Positions 59,742 to 64,000 of a stretch of 64,000 nt of DNA are shown piece after piece. How positions within the stretch are numbered: the first letter of the stretch is position 1; every line of letters begins with the position of its first letter. The stretch comes from an uncultured delta proteobacterium (GTDB taxonomy: Bacteria > Desulfobacterota > Binatia > UBA9968). The notes under the pieces are model-generated. The model had not been told where the DNA came from and did not search any database. It saw only the letters and a program-made list of their open reading frames with translations. Location: the NCBI GenBank assembly GCA_963727625.1, contig CAVSHR010000005.1, positions 1 through 64,000 on the forward strand. The letters run 5' to 3'. Position numbers and translations under genes: made by a program.

Positions 59742-60872
59742 ATGAGCCAAGGAAACGCGCCGGAGTTCGGCATCAGCAAAAATGTTAAGCGGATCGGAAG
59801 AACGGATTTAGCCGGCGGCGGGCAGATCGTGGTCGAGAATGGTTACGCCTTTGTCGGCCACATGGATCCGCCGCATGGCACGTCGATTCTCGATGTCAAG
59901 GATCCCAAGCATCCGAAGATCATCGCCGAGATCGAAATCCCCCAGGGCGTGCATTCACACAAAGTGCGCGTCAGCGGCGACATCATGCTGGTGAACTTGG
60001 AACGATACCGGAGTAAAGAAAAGCAACCGACCGGGCTCAGAGTCTATGATATTTCCAACCGCGAGAAACCGACGGAGATCGCCTTTTTTCAGACCAACGG
60101 GGGCGTCCATCGCTTTACCTTCGACGGCCGCTATGCCTATATCTCGGCGCATATCGAAGGCTACGTCGGCCGTATCCCGATGATCCTGGACTTGAAAGAC
60201 CCAGCGCACCCGACCGAAGTCGGCCGCTGGTGGATGCCCGGCCAGCACATCGGCGGCGGCGAGACGCCGTGCTGGGAAGGCACGGCGCACCAGTGCCACC
60301 ATCCGATCCGGCGCGACAACAGACTCTACGTCAGTTATTGGCATGGCGGTTTCGTGATCCTCGATATCGCCGACCTGACCCGGCCCAAGTTCATCAGCGG
60401 CTATAATTGGTCGCCGCCCTACCCATCGCCGATTCACACGACACTGCCGATTCCGTGGAAGCTCATGAACCGCGACGTGATGGTGGTCTCGGACGAAGAG
60501 GCCGGCAAACGTGCACCGACTCCTCCCGCTTTTATGTGGGTGGTAGACATCACCGACGAAACCCGCCCGGTGCCGATCTCGACCTTCGCACCGGCAGCAT
60601 CCGCCACCATCGCTCCGGGTTACCAATTTGGCGCGCACCAGCCCGCCGAGCAGGTGTATGACAACAAAATGTTCGTCACCTGGTTCAGCGGCGGCCTGCG
60701 CGTGGTCGACGTCAGTAATCCGTACCGTCCGGCGGAAGTCGGTTATTACGTGCCCGAGCCCGGGCGCGGGCAGAAGACCGTCAAGAGCAACGACATCTTT
60801 CGCGCCGACAGCGGCCTGCTCTATTTACTCGACCGACTCGACGGCCTTGAGATCCTCGAAAGCGCGGCGTAG
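59742..60872 (+). CDS. LVIVD-repeat beta-propeller protein
   Basis: Repeated ILDVKDP/VYDISN/ILDIAD/VVDITD/VVDVSNP units with conserved His residues. Confidence 0.88.
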   Translation: MSQGNAPEFGISKNVKRIGRTDLAGGGQIVVENGYAFVGHMDPPHGTSILDVKDPKHPKIIAEIEIPQGVHSHKVRVSGDIMLVNLERYRSKEKQPTGLRVYDISNREKPTEIAFFQTNGGVHRFTFDGRYAYISAHIEGYVGRIPMILDLKDPAHPTEVGRWWMPGQHIGGGETPCWEGTAHQCHHPIRRDNRLYVSYWHGGFVILDIADLTRPKFISGYNWSPPYPSPIHTTLPIPWKLMNRDVMVVSDEEAGKRAPTPPAFMWVVDITDETRPVPISTFAPAASATIAPGYQFGAHQPAEQVYDNKMFVTWFSGGLRVVDVSNPYRPAEVGYYVPEPGRGQKTVKSNDIFRADSGLLYLLDRLDGLEILESAA

Positions 60873-60948
60873 AAAAATCGTCCCGCTTATGCCCGACGAA
60901 ACTCGACGCCGGCGCGCCGCACACCGTTTTCAAGGAAGTTTGATTTGA

Positions 60949-62172
60949 ATGCCCGATTCTCCTGACCGAAGCATCCTTCTGCCGTTTCGCCACCGCGACT
61001 TTCGGGTTTTCTGGACTGGCTCTTTCTTATCGAGCATCGGCACCCAGTTCACCACCGTGGCGATGGCCTGGCAAATTTACGAGCTGACCAATTCGCCTCT
61101 GCAAATTGGTTTGCTCGGCTTGGCTCGGGCGACGCCGCAGATCTTGCTTCTGCTCGTCGGCGGCTTGCTCGCCGACGCCATGAACCGGCGCAAGCTGATG
61201 ATGTGCACGCAGAGCGGTCTGTGCTGCGTGTCGGCGGCGCTGACAGTTTTTACCCTGTCCGGAAAAGCATCGCCGCAGCTGCTCTACACGGCGACCGTGC
61301 TGCTGGCATTATTCACTTCTTTGGAGCAGCCGTCGCGCCAGTCGCTGATTCCCAACCTGGTCCCGCGCCGGCACCTGGCCCAAGCACTGGCGCTGCAAGG
61401 CACCCAGCGCTACGTCCCGGTGATCGCCGGTCCGTCGCTCGCCGGCGTGGTTCTCGCCCTCTATGGCCCGGCGGCCTGCTACCTGCTCGACGCTATTTCT
61501 TGGCTCGCCATGCTATCGGCGCTGCTGCTCTTGCGCGCGGAAATCCCGCAGGGCGGCGGCTGGCGCAGCGTTTCCGTCAAATCCCTGCGCGAAGGGCTCG
61601 GCTTTGTCTGGGGCCACGGGGTTATCTTGCCGCTGATGATTCTGGATTTCGGCGCGACCTTTTTCGGCAACGTTCGCGGCCTGTTTCCCATCTACGCGCG
61701 CGACATTTTGCTCGTCGGCCCCAAAGGTCTTGGAATTCTCTACGCGGCGCGCGCCGTCGGCTCGCTGTGCGCCGCGGCGGCGATCAGCTTCATCGGCCCG
61801 ATTCGGCGCGCCGGCCGCTGGGTGATGATCGGCGTCATCCTCTACGGGCTATCGACCATGCTGTTTGCCGGTTCAACCGTTTTTTGGTTTTCCGTCCTCA
61901 TGCTCGCATTCTGCGGCGCCGGCGATACCATCAGCTCAATCATCCGCTCGACGATCAATCAAATGAGCACGCCAGATGAGTTGCGTGGCCGGATGTCGTC
62001 GATTAATAGCATCTTCACCAGCAGCGGCCCCCAGCTGGGTCAGTTCGAAAGCGGCGTCGTCGCCGCCTGGCTGGGCGCCAAAATCTCGGCGCTGACAGGT
62101 GGAATCGCGACACTGGTGATCGTCGCCGCCGTCGCGACCGCATTTTCGAAGGTACGCCGCTTTCGCATCTAA
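60949..62172 (+). CDS. MFS transporter (EntS/MFS_3-like)
   Basis: FR.FW.G, GG.LAD...RR, GP.LAG and TPDELRGR motifs. Confidence 0.92.
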   Translation: MPDSPDRSILLPFRHRDFRVFWTGSFLSSIGTQFTTVAMAWQIYELTNSPLQIGLLGLARATPQILLLLVGGLLADAMNRRKLMMCTQSGLCCVSAALTVFTLSGKASPQLLYTATVLLALFTSLEQPSRQSLIPNLVPRRHLAQALALQGTQRYVPVIAGPSLAGVVLALYGPAACYLLDAISWLAMLSALLLLRAEIPQGGGWRSVSVKSLREGLGFVWGHGVILPLMILDFGATFFGNVRGLFPIYARDILLVGPKGLGILYAARAVGSLCAAAAISFIGPIRRAGRWVMIGVILYGLSTMLFAGSTVFWFSVLMLAFCGAGDTISSIIRSTINQMSTPDELRGRMSSINSIFTSSGPQLGQFESGVVAAWLGAKISALTGGIATLVIVAAVATAFSKVRRFRI

Positions 62173-62269
62173 TGCGAGACGGGGTTCAGAAGAGGATCGG
62201 GAGACCTGCCCGTGGCTCGTGCTCGCGTTGAGGACGCGTTCGCTTGACACGAACACGAGGGCCGGTTGT

Positions 62270-64000
62270 TTAATTCTTTATTCGGATGCCGATCTTGGAG
62301 AGCCGATGCTTCCAGGCCTCGCGCCGCTCGATGTCTTTCCAAACCTGGATTTCCTGTTGCGCGAGCTGTGTTTTCTTTTCTTTGAGCTCGGTCATCAGGT
62401 TTTGAATCAAGTTGTCGCGCTTCTTGAGCAGCTCCTCCCGTTCGCTCAAGAGGAGGTCCAGTCCGCGCCCATCCCCGTTGGCTCCTGCCTCGGCGTCGGG
62501 TTGGACCACCGCCAGCGATTTTTCGGATCTGCTGTGCTCCTGCTCCAGTAGGTTTTCCAATTCCGCCTTCGCCACCGCGGCTTCCTCGAGCCGCTCGGTC
62601 ATCGCATTCATCTCTGCGCGCAACTCGCCCAGCGCTGCGCCGCTCGATTCCAGCAATTTTTGCTTTTCGGCGACCTGATGCTCCAGCGCATCCACTCTGG
62701 CACTGAGACGCTCCTCCAATTCACCGATCGAAGAATCCTTGGATTGCAGGAGCAGAGACTTTTCCCTGAGCTCTTCTTGCAAAAGCAGATCGGACCGTTC
62801 GCGCTCTGCGCTTACTTCGCTGAGCGTCTGGGTCAGCTCGCTGACCTTCGACATGAGCGCGTCAACCTCGCCGTCGCGCGTTTCCAGGAGCTCCTGTTTC
62901 TGGTTCAGCTGGCTCTCTAAGATTTGCACCTTGCCGGTTAAGCGCTCTTCCAGCGCGTGAATCGCACTGTCCTTGGACTGCAAGAGCTCGGTCGTACGGC
63001 GCAGCTCATCTTGGAGCGCTCGCGCCGCTTGATCCTTTGAGGTCTCTAAATCGAGCAACCGTCCGGCCTGGTTATTAATCTTGTCAAGCAGCGACTTGAG
63101 CTCGGCATCCCGAGCCTCCAGGAGGCCTTGTTTTTCGTGGAGCTCGTTTTCGAGAGCTTGAACCCTGCCGTCAAAGCGCTCCTCCAGCGCGTGAATCGCC
63201 GCTTCCTTTTCGCCGATCTGTTCGGTTTTTTGTCTCAGGTCTTCCTGAAGCGCGTGCGCCGCGTGTTCCTTGGAGGTGCCCAGCTCGAACAGTTGATCCT
63301 TGAACGCCTTGAGCTCCGACTCACGGCTATGAAGCCGCTCATCCTTATCGCGAAGCTGGCTCTCGAGATCCCAAATTTTTCCGGTGAGGTCCTCCTCGAG
63401 TTTTTTAGACCCGGCATCCTTGGCTTGTAGAAGCTCGGCCCGCTCTTTGACCGCTTCATCGAAGAGGCTTTCCGCCCGCTCTTTGGCCGCCGCCAGGTCA
63501 GCCATGCGCTGATGCAGCGAGGTCAGTTCGGATTTCACCGTCGTCAGCTCGCTCTCACGGCTGCCAACCAACTCCTGTTTCGCCGCCAGTTGTTCTTCGA
63601 GAGCGGAAATCTTAGCTTGAAAGCCCTTTTCGACCTCGCGGATCGCAGAGTCGCTTTCCTGAAGGACCTGCTTTTCTTTCTTGAGGGTTTGCTGGAGCAG
63701 ACTGGCTGCGTGCACCTTTGCCGAACCGACCTTGGCGAGTTGCTCGTCAAGAGAGGCGAGTTGGATTTTGAGCGACTTGATTTCCTGGTCGCGGCTCTTT
63801 CGCGACTCTGCTTCCTCGCCAAGCTGACTCTTTAATGACTGAACCTCTCGGCCATAGCGCTGCTCCATCTCGCGCCTGGCAGCCTCTTCGGACTCGCGCC
63901 GGTTTTGTTCTTTTTTAAGCTCTTCACGGAGCGACCGCTCCGACTGTTCTTTGGCCGCGCCGGTCTCGGTCAAGCGCTGCGCAACGGTATGAAGCTCCTG
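62270..64000 (-). CDS. Long coiled-coil protein with ~78-aa repeats (5' end outside the window)
   Basis: The frame is open to the window edge. E/K/L/Q-rich; six repeat units visible. Confidence 0.85.
   Translation of the reverse strand, partial: QELHTVAQRLTETGAAKEQSERSLREELKKEQNRRESEEAARREMEQRYGREVQSLKSQLGEEAESRKSRDQEIKSLKIQLASLDEQLAKVGSAKVHAASLLQQTLKKEKQVLQESDSAIREVEKGFQAKISALEEQLAAKQELVGSRESELTTVKSELTSLHQRMADLAAAKERAESLFDEAVKERAELLQAKDAGSKKLEEDLTGKIWDLESQLRDKDERLHSRESELKAFKDQLFELGTSKEHAAHALQEDLRQKTEQIGEKEAAIHALEERFDGRVQALENELHEKQGLLEARDAELKSLLDKINNQAGRLLDLETSKDQAARALQDELRRTTELLQSKDSAIHALEERLTGKVQILESQLNQKQELLETRDGEVDALMSKVSELTQTLSEVSAERERSDLLLQEELREKSLLLQSKDSSIGELEERLSARVDALEHQVAEKQKLLESSGAALGELRAEMNAMTERLEEAAVAKAELENLLEQEHSRSEKSLAVVQPDAEAGANGDGRGLDLLLSEREELLKKRDNLIQNLMTELKEKKTQLAQQEIQVWKDIERREAWKHRLSKIGIRIKN

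Noticed and set aside
62270-64000. SMC/SbcC chromosome-segregation ATPase
   Set aside because: The visible C-terminus has no ABC signature or Walker B motif and no hinge.

Overview
A GC-rich bacterial chromosomal segment. The gene content (NMT1/SsuA-type binding proteins, amidohydrolase, TPP enzyme, CoA transferase, LVIVD protein) suggests Candidatus Binatia, but this is only inferred. Positions ~1-8.2 kb form an accessory island. It holds an AbiEi/AbiEii type IV toxin-antitoxin (TA) pair with a symmetric operator, a 518-aa Fic protein whose N-terminus looks AbiEi-like and which is preceded by five repeats at an exact 24-bp period, a HicAB pair, an ornithine-cyclodeaminase-family gene with a binding protein, and IS3 and histidine-kinase remnants. 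The AbiE and Fic loci are each preceded by a diverged copy of the same ~150-bp unit, which encodes an orphan C-terminal peptide resembling VirB8/TrbF. The middle of the window is mostly catabolic and redox genes: a possible C5-dicarboxylate cluster, an AMP-ligase/ACP/hydrolase module, a NarM-like gene coupled to an atypical YdeP-type molybdoenzyme, GSTs, VOC proteins and MFS transporters. Near the right end are a coupled pair of an intact GAPDH and a GAPDH pseudoenzyme, a peptide ABC transporter with an ACG start and a frameshift, a probable orphan integron cassette, and the 3' part of a long coiled-coil protein with 78-aa repeats. I recognised no rRNA, tRNA or CRISPR array. All family calls come from reading motifs by eye; no database search was run.
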